A stretch of 64,000 nt of DNA from Phycisphaerales bacterium (GTDB lineage Bacteria; Planctomycetota; Phycisphaerae; Phycisphaerales; UBA1924), in contig JBGAOZ010000019.1 in assembly GCA_044221545.1 (NCBI GenBank), positions 20,833 through 84,832 of the forward strand, read 5' to 3'. The position numbers and the translations under genes were made by a program. Shown here piece by piece: positions 37,228-46,522 of the stretch (position 1 is the stretch's first letter; each line of letters opens with the position of its first letter). The notes below the pieces were generated by a model. That model searched no databases and was not told the origin of the DNA. It was given only the letters and a program-made list of their open reading frames with translations.

Positions 37228-38439
37228 CTACTCCTCGAAGAACTCGAACGACCTCCGCGGCCCGCTCTTGGGCCGCCGCATCATGATGTTCGCGATCAGC
37301 CCCACCATCATCCACACCGTCAGCAGGCTCGACCCCCCGTAGGAGATGTACGGCAGCGTGATCCCGATGATCGGCACCAGCCCGATGTTCATCCCCGCGT
37401 TGATGAACACCTGCGCCGCCACGAACGCCGCCAGCGCCACGATCACCAGGCGGCCGAACGGGTCCTTCGTGCTCGCCGCGCACCACAGCGCGCCCGCGAA
37501 CCACACCGCGTACAACCCCAGCACCCCCAGCCCGCCCAGCAACCCCCACCGCGCCAGCACCACCGCGAACACCATGTCGTTGTGACGCTCCGGCAGCCGG
37601 TTGAAGTACAGCAGCGACCGCGCGTGCTCGTCGCTCAGCCCGCGAACCTGCCCCGCCGCCGCCAGCGTCTGCGCCGTCGACGACTGGAAGTTCTGGTCCT
37701 GGTCCTCGCTCTTGTCCCCCTGCAACTGCTTGAGCAGGCCCGCGATCCGCTGCTGCTGGTGCGGCTTGAGGATCGGGTACACCGCCGGCGCCGCCATCGC
37801 CGCCAGCATCACGATGATCGCCAGGTGCCGCAGGCGCGCCCCGGCGGCGATCAGCACCGCGAACAGCGCCGGCACGAACAGCGTCGCCGTCCCCAGGTCC
37901 GGCTGCAGCGTGATCAGCGCGATCGGGATCCCCGTGATGATCGCCGGCGGGATCAGACCCCCGAACCGCCGGTGCTCCGTCCGGTACCGCATGTACCACG
38001 CCAGCGTCAGCGAGTACGCGATCTTCATCGGCTCCGAGGGCTGGAAATCCGTGAACCCCAGGTTGATCCAGCTCCGCGCCCCGTTCCGCGGCGCCACGAT
38101 GCTCCACGGCACGATCGGGAGCAGCAGGAAGACCAGCAGCCCGATCGACGCTGCGTAGAAGAACCACGACGCGTACGCCAGCCACCGGTAGTTGGGCAGC
38201 ACGATCACCACCGCGGCCCCCAGCGAGATCGCCAGGAACATCGCCTGCTTGACCCCCGCCGGGCTCAGCCATGTCCCGGGATGAGGCTTGGCCGCCTCCG
38301 CCACGTCGATCGCCAGCAGCCCCACCAGCGTGAGCGCCGCCGCCGCCGCGATCACGATCCACGCCGGGCCGATCCGCCCCAGCGGGGCCACGATCCCCGC
38401 GACCGACCACCCGCGACTTGGCCCGGAGGACGATGGCAC
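37228..38439 (-). CDS. rodA: SEDS-family peptidoglycan glycosyltransferase RodA
   Basis: Ten-TM profile. FQPSEPMKIAY and LQPDLGTA motifs. The GTG start lies 1 nt after the mrdA stop. Confidence 0.85.
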   Translation of the reverse strand: MPSSSGPSRGWSVAGIVAPLGRIGPAWIVIAAAAALTLVGLLAIDVAEAAKPHPGTWLSPAGVKQAMFLAISLGAAVVIVLPNYRWLAYASWFFYAASIGLLVFLLLPIVPWSIVAPRNGARSWINLGFTDFQPSEPMKIAYSLTLAWYMRYRTEHRRFGGLIPPAIITGIPIALITLQPDLGTATLFVPALFAVLIAAGARLRHLAIIVMLAAMAAPAVYPILKPHQQQRIAGLLKQLQGDKSEDQDQNFQSSTAQTLAAAGQVRGLSDEHARSLLYFNRLPERHNDMVFAVVLARWGLLGGLGVLGLYAVWFAGALWCAASTKDPFGRLVIVALAAFVAAQVFINAGMNIGLVPIIGITLPYISYGGSSLLTVWMMVGLIANIMMRRPKSGPRRSFEFFEE

Positions 38440-38440
38440 G

Positions 38441-40984
38441 CTACCGGCGTCCTTCCTGGCCCTCGGCCCCGTCCCCCGCCCCGTCGACCTTCGCCGGCGC
38501 CGCCGCGACCGGCGCGGGCTCCAGGTACCCCTCCTCCACCAGCGCCTTGACGATCTGGTTGGCGATCGGGCCCGAAACTCGCGCCCCGCTCCCCGCGTAC
38601 TCCATCACCACCGCGATCGCGTACCGCGGTGCATCTCCCTCCCGCCCCGCGAGCACCACGAACCACGAATGATCTCCCGATCGCACGATCTCCGTCCCGC
38701 CCGGGTCCTTCGCGTGCGCCTCCGAGGGCGACATCCCGTCGCTCTCATCCTCCCGGCCTATCTCGTCGACCGCGTCGCTCCCCGGGTCCCTCCGCAGCTT
38801 CAGGTCCGGCGCCGCCGCCGTGCCCGTCTTGCCGATCACCCGGATACCCGGCGTGTTGAAGATCGGTTCGGTCACCCGCACGCCGTTGCGCATGTACGTC
38901 AGCAGGTGCCCCGCCCCCATCTCGTCGTTCACCGACCGCCGCAGGCCCTCCAGCGCCATCGCCGTCGCCCCCGGATCCAGCCCCAACTCCGCGCGGTCCC
39001 CCGCCGCTCGCCCCGCGCCCCGCGGATCGTTCTGCACGATCGAGGGCGACAGTGCCACGCCCCCGCGCGCCAGCGTCGCGTACGCGCACGCCGCGTGCAG
39101 CGGCGTCCACGACACCGGCCCCTGGCCGATCCCCATCTGGATCGCATCCCCGACCTGCAGCGGGTCCCCGCCGGCCCGCCTGCCGATCAGCCCCGGGTTC
39201 TCCGGCCCCACCCCCAGGTCCCACGTGCGCCCCGCGCCGAAGTCGTTGAATGTCCCCGACACCCCCGCGACCCCCAGCCGCTTGCCCATCGTGAAGAAGA
39301 AGATGTTGCACGACTCCATGATCGCATCCGCACCGTCAAGGTCGTGCCCGAGGATCGCGTTGTGCGTCGTCTTGAACTGCTTCCACACCCAGCACTGCAG
39401 CATGTTGGGCTTGTTGGGGATCAGGTACCCCGTGCACTCGATCTTCTGGTCCAGCTGGTACACCCCGTGCTTGACCGACTCCACCAGCATCAGCGGCTTG
39501 ACGATCGACCCCGGCGGGTACGGGCGGTTGATCGCCCGGTTCAGGTACGGCGTGTTCAACGCGTCGTCGAACACCGCCTCCGGGTCGTCCCTCCGCAGAC
39601 GCGCCGGCACCGGCGGCGTCGACACCATCGCCAGGATTTCCCCCGTGTCCACGTCCAGCACCACCGCGGCCCCGTTGATCGGCGTGCCCGCGGGCATCGT
39701 TGGGTTCGGCTGCGCGATCGCCGCGCGGTGCCATTCCTCCACCCTCGCCAGCCCCAGCGACGGCGTCATCGCGCCCTGCACCCGTGCCTGGAGCATCACA
39801 TCGATCGAGAGCTTCACATCCCGGCCCGGCTCGGCGGCGATCTCCTCCACCCGGTCGGAATCCAGCGACTTGGTCCTCATGCCGCGCAGACCGCGGAGCG
39901 TCGTCTCGAACGCCCCCTCCACGCCCGTCTGCCCCACGCGATCCCCCTCGGCGTACTCCCCGCGGTCCTTGCTCTCACCGTCCGGCAGCTCGAGCACCAC
40001 GCGGTCGGCGATCCCCCGGTTACGCGCCAACAGCTCGCGCCGCGCCAACTCGTCCTCGACCCACACCTGCCGCATCCACCCGATCACCTGCGACCCGATC
40101 CCCTCCACCAGCACCTGCTCGGCGTGCTCCACCCGCAGCGGCAGCGGCAGCGTCCGGCCGTCGACCTCCACCATCATCGTGTCCATCGGGTAGTCGCGGT
40201 CCCCCGCGTCGAACACGTGCAGCCCCGGCACCCGCTCGACCGGGTCCTCCGCGCGGCTCCCCGGCTCGTCCCCCAGAGGCCGAAGGTCGACCTCATCCAC
40301 CACAAGCGACTGGAACGCGAACGCCAGCTTGTCGGAGATCCGCGGCAGGATCACCCGCGAACCCGCCAGCGAGGCGTTGGCCCGCCGCTCGATCGTCTTG
40401 AGCTCATCCCCCTCGGGCTCACGCTGGTTCCTCGCCCGGAACTCCTGAAGCTCCGTCTGCCGCCGACGCGTCGAGACCGAGTCGTGCATCCGCTTGACTG
40501 TCGCGATCGCCTCGTCCCGGGCCTTGCGAACCTCCTCCACCGGCATCCCCGCCGTCCTGGCGATCAGCTCCCACCCCTGCTCCACGTGCTCCGCGTACGC
40601 CCGGCTCGCCCGCCCGATCAGCTCCGCCCGCTGCCCCGCCGTCAGCTCCGGCCACTGCTCCCGGAACGCCCGGCGCGCGAACTTCTGGGCCCGCTCCGCG
40701 GCCCACCGGCCGTCGAGCACCTGGAACGACACCGCCACGTCGTAGCTCGGCCGGTCCTGCGCCAGCACCCGCCCCCTGCGGTCCAGGATCCGACCCCGCA
40801 CCGTCGGCGTCATCTGCCGTCGCACCAGCTTCGACTCGGCGACCGACAGCGACTCGGCCCCCCGCCCGATCGCCAGCCGGGCCATCTGCACCCCAAGCAA
40901 CGACACAGCCACGCCCATCCCCGCCAGAAGCAGGAGGAGCCGGCGATGGAACATGCTCGGAAAGAGGCTCTTGATCAGCGACAT
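38441..40984 (-). CDS. mrdA: Penicillin-binding protein 2 (class B transpeptidase), expanded 847-aa form
   Basis: N-terminal TM anchor. Motifs SxxK in PPGSIVKP, SxN in MESCNIFF, and KTG in IGKTGTA. Long insertions in the N-terminal pedestal region and after KTGTA. Confidence 0.85.
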   Translation of the reverse strand: MSLIKSLFPSMFHRRLLLLLAGMGVAVSLLGVQMARLAIGRGAESLSVAESKLVRRQMTPTVRGRILDRRGRVLAQDRPSYDVAVSFQVLDGRWAAERAQKFARRAFREQWPELTAGQRAELIGRASRAYAEHVEQGWELIARTAGMPVEEVRKARDEAIATVKRMHDSVSTRRRQTELQEFRARNQREPEGDELKTIERRANASLAGSRVILPRISDKLAFAFQSLVVDEVDLRPLGDEPGSRAEDPVERVPGLHVFDAGDRDYPMDTMMVEVDGRTLPLPLRVEHAEQVLVEGIGSQVIGWMRQVWVEDELARRELLARNRGIADRVVLELPDGESKDRGEYAEGDRVGQTGVEGAFETTLRGLRGMRTKSLDSDRVEEIAAEPGRDVKLSIDVMLQARVQGAMTPSLGLARVEEWHRAAIAQPNPTMPAGTPINGAAVVLDVDTGEILAMVSTPPVPARLRRDDPEAVFDDALNTPYLNRAINRPYPPGSIVKPLMLVESVKHGVYQLDQKIECTGYLIPNKPNMLQCWVWKQFKTTHNAILGHDLDGADAIMESCNIFFFTMGKRLGVAGVSGTFNDFGAGRTWDLGVGPENPGLIGRRAGGDPLQVGDAIQMGIGQGPVSWTPLHAACAYATLARGGVALSPSIVQNDPRGAGRAAGDRAELGLDPGATAMALEGLRRSVNDEMGAGHLLTYMRNGVRVTEPIFNTPGIRVIGKTGTAAAPDLKLRRDPGSDAVDEIGREDESDGMSPSEAHAKDPGGTEIVRSGDHSWFVVLAGREGDAPRYAIAVVMEYAGSGARVSGPIANQIVKALVEEGYLEPAPVAAAPAKVDGAGDGAEGQEGRR

Positions 40985-41116
40985 GCCGTAACCGGGTGCC
41001 TTGCCGGCCGGCTCGCCCCTCCACGGGCGCCCGTCCGCAACGCATCATACGGATCGGCCATCACGCATCGCCAAGAGAAATATCCACCCCGACGCCTTCA
41101 CCCCAGTGACCAGTGC

Positions 41117-42046
41117 CTAATGCCCGGAGCCCTTGTCTCTGGTGATCTGCGCGTACGCGTTGTGATTGTGGATCGACTCGAAATTCTCCGAGTTGATCGA
41201 GTACCACGTGATCCGCTCATCCCCGTTGAGCGCCAGCGCCAGGTCCCGTACGATGTCCTCGACGAACTTGGGGTTCTCGAAGGCCTTCTCGGTCACGTAC
41301 TTCTCGTCCGGCCGCTTGAGCACCGCGTACACCGGGCTCGACGCCGCCTTCTCCAGGAGCTCCACCAGGTCCTCGATCCACAAGGTCCCCTTGAACCGCA
41401 CCTTGGCCTCGATACGGCACCGCTGGTTGTGCGCCCCGTACTGGCTGATCTCCTTCGAGCACGGGCACAGGCTGGTCGCCGGCGCCGAAACCGTCATCAC
41501 GAAGTCCTCGTGATGGTTCGCCACGCTCTCGAACGTCACCCGATAATCCATCAGCCCCACCATCCCCGTCACCGGGGCCGGCTTGCGGATGAAATACGTG
41601 AACGACGCTTCCAGGTGCGCTTCCTGAGCGTTGAGCTTCTCCCTGATCTCCCTCGCCACGTGCACGAACCGCTCCGGACACAAGGGTCCCTTGGTCTGGT
41701 CGTTCAAGACCTCAAGGAACCGGCTCATGTGCGTCCCCTTCTGGTGGTGGGGGAGCGACACGTACATGTTGATCGTCGCGACCGTCGACTGCTCCCCCCC
41801 ATCCCGCTCGTGCAGACGCAAGGGGTACGTCACGTCTTTCACACCCACCCGGTCGATCGCCACCCGACGCTGGTCCGATAACGCCTGCACATCCGGCATC
41901 GGCCCGGCGGCCGGCGCTTGCGCCGCATCCCTAGCGTGAACCGAACCACTCTCGCCGGAAAGTCGAGGATTACCCCGGCGATCGGACCCGCCGCGCCCGG
42001 CGGCGACCGTCACCGGCCTTTTGCTGTGCCCGTTGCTCTTTGGCAT
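41117..42046 (-). CDS. folE2: GTP cyclohydrolase FolE2/MptA (type IB)
   Basis: INMYVSLPHHQKGTHMSRF, SLCPCSKEIS..GAHNQR and NHNAYA motifs. The ATG at complement of 42044-42046 (MPKSNGH) avoids overlap with the upstream gene. The listed ORF extends to 42223. Confidence 0.85.
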   Translation of the reverse strand: MPKSNGHSKRPVTVAAGRGGSDRRGNPRLSGESGSVHARDAAQAPAAGPMPDVQALSDQRRVAIDRVGVKDVTYPLRLHERDGGEQSTVATINMYVSLPHHQKGTHMSRFLEVLNDQTKGPLCPERFVHVAREIREKLNAQEAHLEASFTYFIRKPAPVTGMVGLMDYRVTFESVANHHEDFVMTVSAPATSLCPCSKEISQYGAHNQRCRIEAKVRFKGTLWIEDLVELLEKAASSPVYAVLKRPDEKYVTEKAFENPKFVEDIVRDLALALNGDERITWYSINSENFESIHNHNAYAQITRDKGSGH

Positions 42047-42185
42047 GGTCGTTTCCAACCCCATGATAGGTGGTCTCCCACCCACTTCGATGCCATCGAC
42101 ACCCCGGCGGTGCACGAACCACCCCCGCCGCCGGCATGACCGGCAAGCACGCACGAGAAGCCGCACGCACGCCGGGAAGCGGCGG

Positions 42186-43508
42186 TCAGTACGAGATGTT
42201 CGACCACGGGCTGCTGGTGCCAACCCCGGTCCCGCCCGTGGTCCCCGAGATCGCCGGGGAGTCCACCGCCGCGACGATCTGGCCGACCTTGTTGTTCGCG
42301 ACGATCGTGAAGTACGTCGTGCACCTGGTGATGCAGTTGCCCACGATCAGGTTGTTTGTCCCGTCCACGTCGATGCCGCGGGCGCCGTCGATGCCATTGT
42401 TGTGCTCCACCCGATTGTCATCACCGGTGATGTGGATGTGCGCCCCGCTCCCCCCGTTGCCCGCGAACCGACCGCTGCAGTTGGTGATGACGTTCTGGTC
42501 CTGGGCGCGGATGCCGTCCTTGTCGTTGTTCTCGGCCAGGCAGCCCTCGACCGCGCACCCGTCCTGCACCACGATCCCGTTGTTCCCATTGGCGACCGCC
42601 GTGCACCGCGCCACCAGGCAGTCGCTGGTCACGGAAACCCCCGCGCCCAGGTTGTACGCCGTCGAACACTCCACGACGGTGCCGGCCACGTCCAGACCGA
42701 TCCCGTCGCCCCCGTTCCCCCCGGACGCGCACCCCCGGATCGTCACCCCGCTGTATCCCCCGAACCCCTGCGAGCCGTTGTCGTAGGCGCTGCACCGTTC
42801 GATGGAGCACGAGCGGTAGGCGTACAGGCCCGTGAACCCGTTCGAAGTGAACGAGCAATCCGAGATCGAGCACGCGGTCGAAGCGTACATCCCGCTGTCC
42901 CCGTTGTACTCCATCGTGCAGCCCGAGATGACCCCGGAGCTCCCGCACTCAACCCCCTTCACCCCGTTGGATCGGAGATCGCACGACAGGACACGGCAGC
43001 CGTTCCCGACCAACACCCCGTCGCCCCCGCAGTTCTCCACGATCATGCCCTCGACCGTGCATCCGGTCGCCGACTGCAGGTTGATCCCGCTCAGGCTCGC
43101 GCCGTGGATCGTCCCGTTCTTGACCGCGATCCCCGAACCCGTCGTCGTCGCCGAGACCGCGTCCAGTGAGTTGTTCGCACTTCCCGATCCGAAGATCCGG
43201 AACCCGCGCATGTCGATCGTCACGTTCCCCGCCGCGATCTCGATCCCCGATTTGCCCGCGACCAGGTTGATGCTGGACGTCAGGTAATACGAGCCCCGCG
43301 CCGAGATCCGGAAGATCGAATCCGCATCCCCCGGAGTGTTCGTGTCGTTGATCGCCACCCGCGGCTCCACCTCCGCCAGTGTCTTGTACGTCCCCGCCAC
43401 CGGCCCCGCCGGCGGGTCCAGCGGGCCGGCGCGCGAAACTAACGCCGCACCGATCACCATCGAACCAAGCAGGGTCGCCGCACAAACAACTCCAACCGAT
43501 CGGTCCAT
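42186..43508 (-). CDS. Secreted right-handed parallel beta-helix repeat protein with periodic Cys pairs
   Basis: Signal peptide MDRSVGVVCAATLLGSMVIGAALVS. About 14 coils of 22-23 aa of the PbH1 type (C.v..C....NG..Gi). 440 aa. Confidence 0.75.
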   Translation of the reverse strand: MDRSVGVVCAATLLGSMVIGAALVSRAGPLDPPAGPVAGTYKTLAEVEPRVAINDTNTPGDADSIFRISARGSYYLTSSINLVAGKSGIEIAAGNVTIDMRGFRIFGSGSANNSLDAVSATTTGSGIAVKNGTIHGASLSGINLQSATGCTVEGMIVENCGGDGVLVGNGCRVLSCDLRSNGVKGVECGSSGVISGCTMEYNGDSGMYASTACSISDCSFTSNGFTGLYAYRSCSIERCSAYDNGSQGFGGYSGVTIRGCASGGNGGDGIGLDVAGTVVECSTAYNLGAGVSVTSDCLVARCTAVANGNNGIVVQDGCAVEGCLAENNDKDGIRAQDQNVITNCSGRFAGNGGSGAHIHITGDDNRVEHNNGIDGARGIDVDGTNNLIVGNCITRCTTYFTIVANNKVGQIVAAVDSPAISGTTGGTGVGTSSPWSNISY

Positions 43509-43598
43509 GTGGTGTCTCTCCCGGAAGCGCGCAAGGCCGCGCGATCCCAGACTACACCACCTCGTCCAAACGCAAAAGCCAATATCGAGCCGGCCGCC

Positions 43599-44732
43599 CT
43601 ACCCCCCCATCAACCTCTCTGCCGCTCCGAAATACAGCTCCTGCAGCACATCCACCCCCAGTCCGAACCCCCGCAGCCGTGGGCTCGACCACTCATCAAA
43701 CTTCCCCGGCTCCACCATCATCAGGTCCCCATCCGCGATCGGCGAAGGGCCGTCGTACCCCGTCTCCATCATCGTCCGCAGCGCCCAGTACCGGCTCGCG
43801 TACAGATCAAACGCCGCCCGCGGGCTGCTGGCCTGGTCCGACTTCGGGTGCGCGGGGTTCACCTTCTGCGCCCGCACGTGATCGTCCGCGGTCACGATGT
43901 CCGTCCCGAAGAGGATCCGCCCCTTCCACTTGCCCATGAACGCCGCAAACTTCTCGCGCGGGTGTTTGGAGATCTCCCGCACCACCCACTTGGTCGCCGA
44001 GCAGTCCAGGTGCAGATTGGGGTGCCTCGTCAGCATCCCATCGAGAAACCCAAGATCTTCCGGCCACCCGCCCATGTGCGCGGCGATCCACTTCATCGTG
44101 AACCGGTCCAGCATCTTCTCCAGCCCCACGTAGTGCGCGCGCTTGGTGTCGTACTTGGTCGCATCCGCGTACTTGGTTGCGAACCACGTGTCCGGGTCCG
44201 CCACATGCACCATCACCATCATCCCGAGGTCCCGCGCCGCCTCCAGCTGCGTCACCCGCCACGGCGCATCGATCGTCACCAGATCGACGCCCGACTCGCC
44301 CGGGAAAAAGTCCCTCAGCCGAGGCGCGTTCCAGATCTTCATCACCCGCGCACCGTACCTGTCGCGGAAGATCGCCAGGTCGTCGACATACCCCTGCCGG
44401 AACGCCCGCGAGCGGTCCGACGCCCCCCAGGTCGGGCACGCAACGAACCGGATCCGGTCCCCCAGCACCTCCCGCACCGGCTCGATCTCCGGCAGCGGCG
44501 TCTGCGAGTACGTCAGCCCAACCCCGTAGGTTCCGGCGACATCGGCGTATACCCGGCTCGCCTCGCGCCCAAGGATGTGCGTGTGGAAGTCCACGATCGG
44601 CCGGCCGAACCGGCGGAATCGGGCCACCTCCGCGCGGTAGTCCAGCCCGAGAAGATTGCTGGGATCGCGCCGGGCCCCCGGGCCCCCGCCCGCCACGCTC
44701 CCGGCCGATGCCTGTGTGCTTTCCTGCGACAT
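43599..44732 (-). CDS. Amidohydrolase-2 family metal-dependent hydrolase (TIM barrel)
   Basis: VDFHTHIL (HxH), MVHVADP, AHMGGW and LFGTD motifs. ATG 44732 (MSQEST). The listed ORF starts at 44801. Confidence 0.7.
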   Translation of the reverse strand: MSQESTQASAGSVAGGGPGARRDPSNLLGLDYRAEVARFRRFGRPIVDFHTHILGREASRVYADVAGTYGVGLTYSQTPLPEIEPVREVLGDRIRFVACPTWGASDRSRAFRQGYVDDLAIFRDRYGARVMKIWNAPRLRDFFPGESGVDLVTIDAPWRVTQLEAARDLGMMVMVHVADPDTWFATKYADATKYDTKRAHYVGLEKMLDRFTMKWIAAHMGGWPEDLGFLDGMLTRHPNLHLDCSATKWVVREISKHPREKFAAFMGKWKGRILFGTDIVTADDHVRAQKVNPAHPKSDQASSPRAAFDLYASRYWALRTMMETGYDGPSPIADGDLMMVEPGKFDEWSSPRLRGFGLGVDVLQELYFGAAERLMGG

Positions 44733-44737
44733 TCCCC

Positions 44738-46006
44738 ATGGTAGACGCGCTCTCCGCATCACCGGTATCTGTTGAACCAACCATTCCGGTCGGGAATCCA
44801 CGCGCCCTGCCCGGCGGACAATCCCGGCCCGACCACGCCCTGAAGCACACGCGGATCGCGCTCGTCCACGACTGGCTCTGCGGCTACCGCGGCGGCGAGG
44901 CCGTCCTCGAACGCCTCGCCAGGCTCGTCCTCGATCACGCCGTGCCCGCCGGCCTCTGGGTCATGCTCGACGACCGCCGGCCCGTGGCCCCAGCGATCGA
45001 TGCGCTCCCCAGGCACACGTCAATCCTCCAGGACATCCCGTTTGCCTCCGGCCCGCTCCGCCGGCACCTCCTCCCACTCTACCCCCGCGCCATCTCCGAT
45101 ATCTCCGACCAGCTCGAGCGAGTGCACCGCGCCGCACCCATCGACCTGGTCATCTCCACCAGTTCCGCCGCCGCCAAGGGCGTGCGCCCGCCGGCCGGCG
45201 TGCCCCACCTGTGCTACTGCCACACCCCGCCACGGTACCTCTGGTCCCAGCCCGAGCAGTACGCCCGCGCTGGATTCACCACCAGGCTCGGCCTGCGGCT
45301 CTGCGGCCCCGTGCTCCGCCGCTGGGATTCCGCCACCGCCGTGCACGTCACACGCTTCCTCGCCAACTCCCACCACACCGCCCGCGAGATCTCCCGCCGC
45401 TACAACCGCGACTCCCGCGTCCTCTTCCCGCCCGTCCGCACCGACTACTTCACACCCGATCCCGCCGCCTTCCGCGAGGACTTCTGGCTGCTCGCCGGCG
45501 CCCTCGAACCCTACAAACGAACCGACCTGGGCATCGACGCCGCCCTGCTCGCCGGGCGACCCGTCGTGATCGCCGGCACCGGAACCCAGCTCGCCCACCT
45601 CCGCGCCCGCTACCGCAACCTCCCCGTGCGCTTCCTCGGACGCGTCCCCGACGATGGGCTCCGCGATCTCTACCGCCGCGCTGCCCTTCTCGTCTTCCCT
45701 CAGGTCGAAGACTTCGGGATCGTCGCCGTCGAGGCCCAGGCCTGCGGACTCCCCGTGCTCGCGCGCGGCGCCGGCGGCGCTCTCGACACTGTCATCGAAG
45801 GCCAGACCGGCGCCCTGTTCGATTTTCCCACTCCCCATGCCATGGTCGATGCCACCGCCCGCCTCCCCGACAGCGCCGCCCTCCTCTGCCGCCACAACTC
45901 CCTCCGCTTCTCCGAGGACCGGTTCGATCGCGAGATCCTCGACGAGATCCGAGGGCTGGTTTCCGAACATAATGCAAACGAAACGCATCCACCCCTGCGG
46001 GGCTAG
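44738..46006 (+). CDS. Glycosyltransferase family 4 (GT-B)
   Basis: ALVHDWL at the N-terminal domain. E-x7-E region EDFGIVAVEAQACGLPVLA...GALDTVIEGQTG. The first ATG in frame is 44738; the listed ORF 44177.. is upstream shadow. Confidence 0.75.
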   Translation: MVDALSASPVSVEPTIPVGNPRALPGGQSRPDHALKHTRIALVHDWLCGYRGGEAVLERLARLVLDHAVPAGLWVMLDDRRPVAPAIDALPRHTSILQDIPFASGPLRRHLLPLYPRAISDISDQLERVHRAAPIDLVISTSSAAAKGVRPPAGVPHLCYCHTPPRYLWSQPEQYARAGFTTRLGLRLCGPVLRRWDSATAVHVTRFLANSHHTAREISRRYNRDSRVLFPPVRTDYFTPDPAAFREDFWLLAGALEPYKRTDLGIDAALLAGRPVVIAGTGTQLAHLRARYRNLPVRFLGRVPDDGLRDLYRRAALLVFPQVEDFGIVAVEAQACGLPVLARGAGGALDTVIEGQTGALFDFPTPHAMVDATARLPDSAALLCRHNSLRFSEDRFDREILDEIRGLVSEHNANETHPPLRG

Positions 46007-46160
46007 GAATCAATAACTTCCCACCCCTCACGATCGAAACCGACGCCCCGCTTCCACGTACCATCAATCACCGGAGCCCTCCGGAAACGGGTGCGACCCG
46101 TCCGATGAACCCAGGGCTCGGGCCGGCGATCGCAGCCGGAGCATCTCGAAGGAGGCAGCC

Positions 46161-46442
46161 ATGCTTGCGTCACGTCTGCGTGGGATTCCGGGCATATCCG
46201 GGTGGAAGCGCTCGGCGGCCTTGGTGGCGTTCGGCCTCGCGGGCCTCGCGTCCTCGGGTTGCAACAACGCCGGCGAGGGCGCGCTCACCGGCGGTGCGCT
46301 GGGAGCGCTGGGCGGCATGGCGATCGGCAGCCTCACCGGCGACATGGGCAAGGGCGCGGTGGTCGGCGCGGTGATCGGCGGCATCGGCGGCCTGATCATC
46401 GGCGACCAGAACCAGCGCAACGACTCGCGCTCCGGCCGCTGA
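46161..46442 (+). CDS. Glycine-zipper lipoprotein (17-kDa surface antigen-like)
   Basis: AAGGAGG RBS. Lipobox GLASSGC. GALGALGGMAIGSLTG...GAVVGAVIGGIGGLIIG is a glycine-zipper 2TM pattern. Confidence 0.8.
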   Translation: MLASRLRGIPGISGWKRSAALVAFGLAGLASSGCNNAGEGALTGGALGALGGMAIGSLTGDMGKGAVVGAVIGGIGGLIIGDQNQRNDSRSGR

Positions 46443-46469
46443 TCCCACGCGTCCGCACGATCGATGAAC

Positions 46470-46517
46470 GCCGCGCCCCGCGAGGGAGGATTGATCTCCC
46501 CGAAGGGCGCGGTTTTT
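46470..46517. terminator. Terminator-like compound hairpin between convergent genes
   Basis: Outer stem CCGCGCCC/GGGCGCGG (46471-78 / 46505-12) and inner stem GGGAG/CTCCC, followed by TTTTT on the + strand. Confidence 0.5.
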
Positions 46518-46522
46518 CATGG

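Noticed and set aside
38288-41881. 1197-aa + strand ORF, the longest in the track
   Set aside because: It is Arg/Pro/His/Leu-rich junk lying antisense to mrdA and folE2, which carry clear catalytic motifs. This is a typical stop-free shadow frame in about 70% GC DNA.
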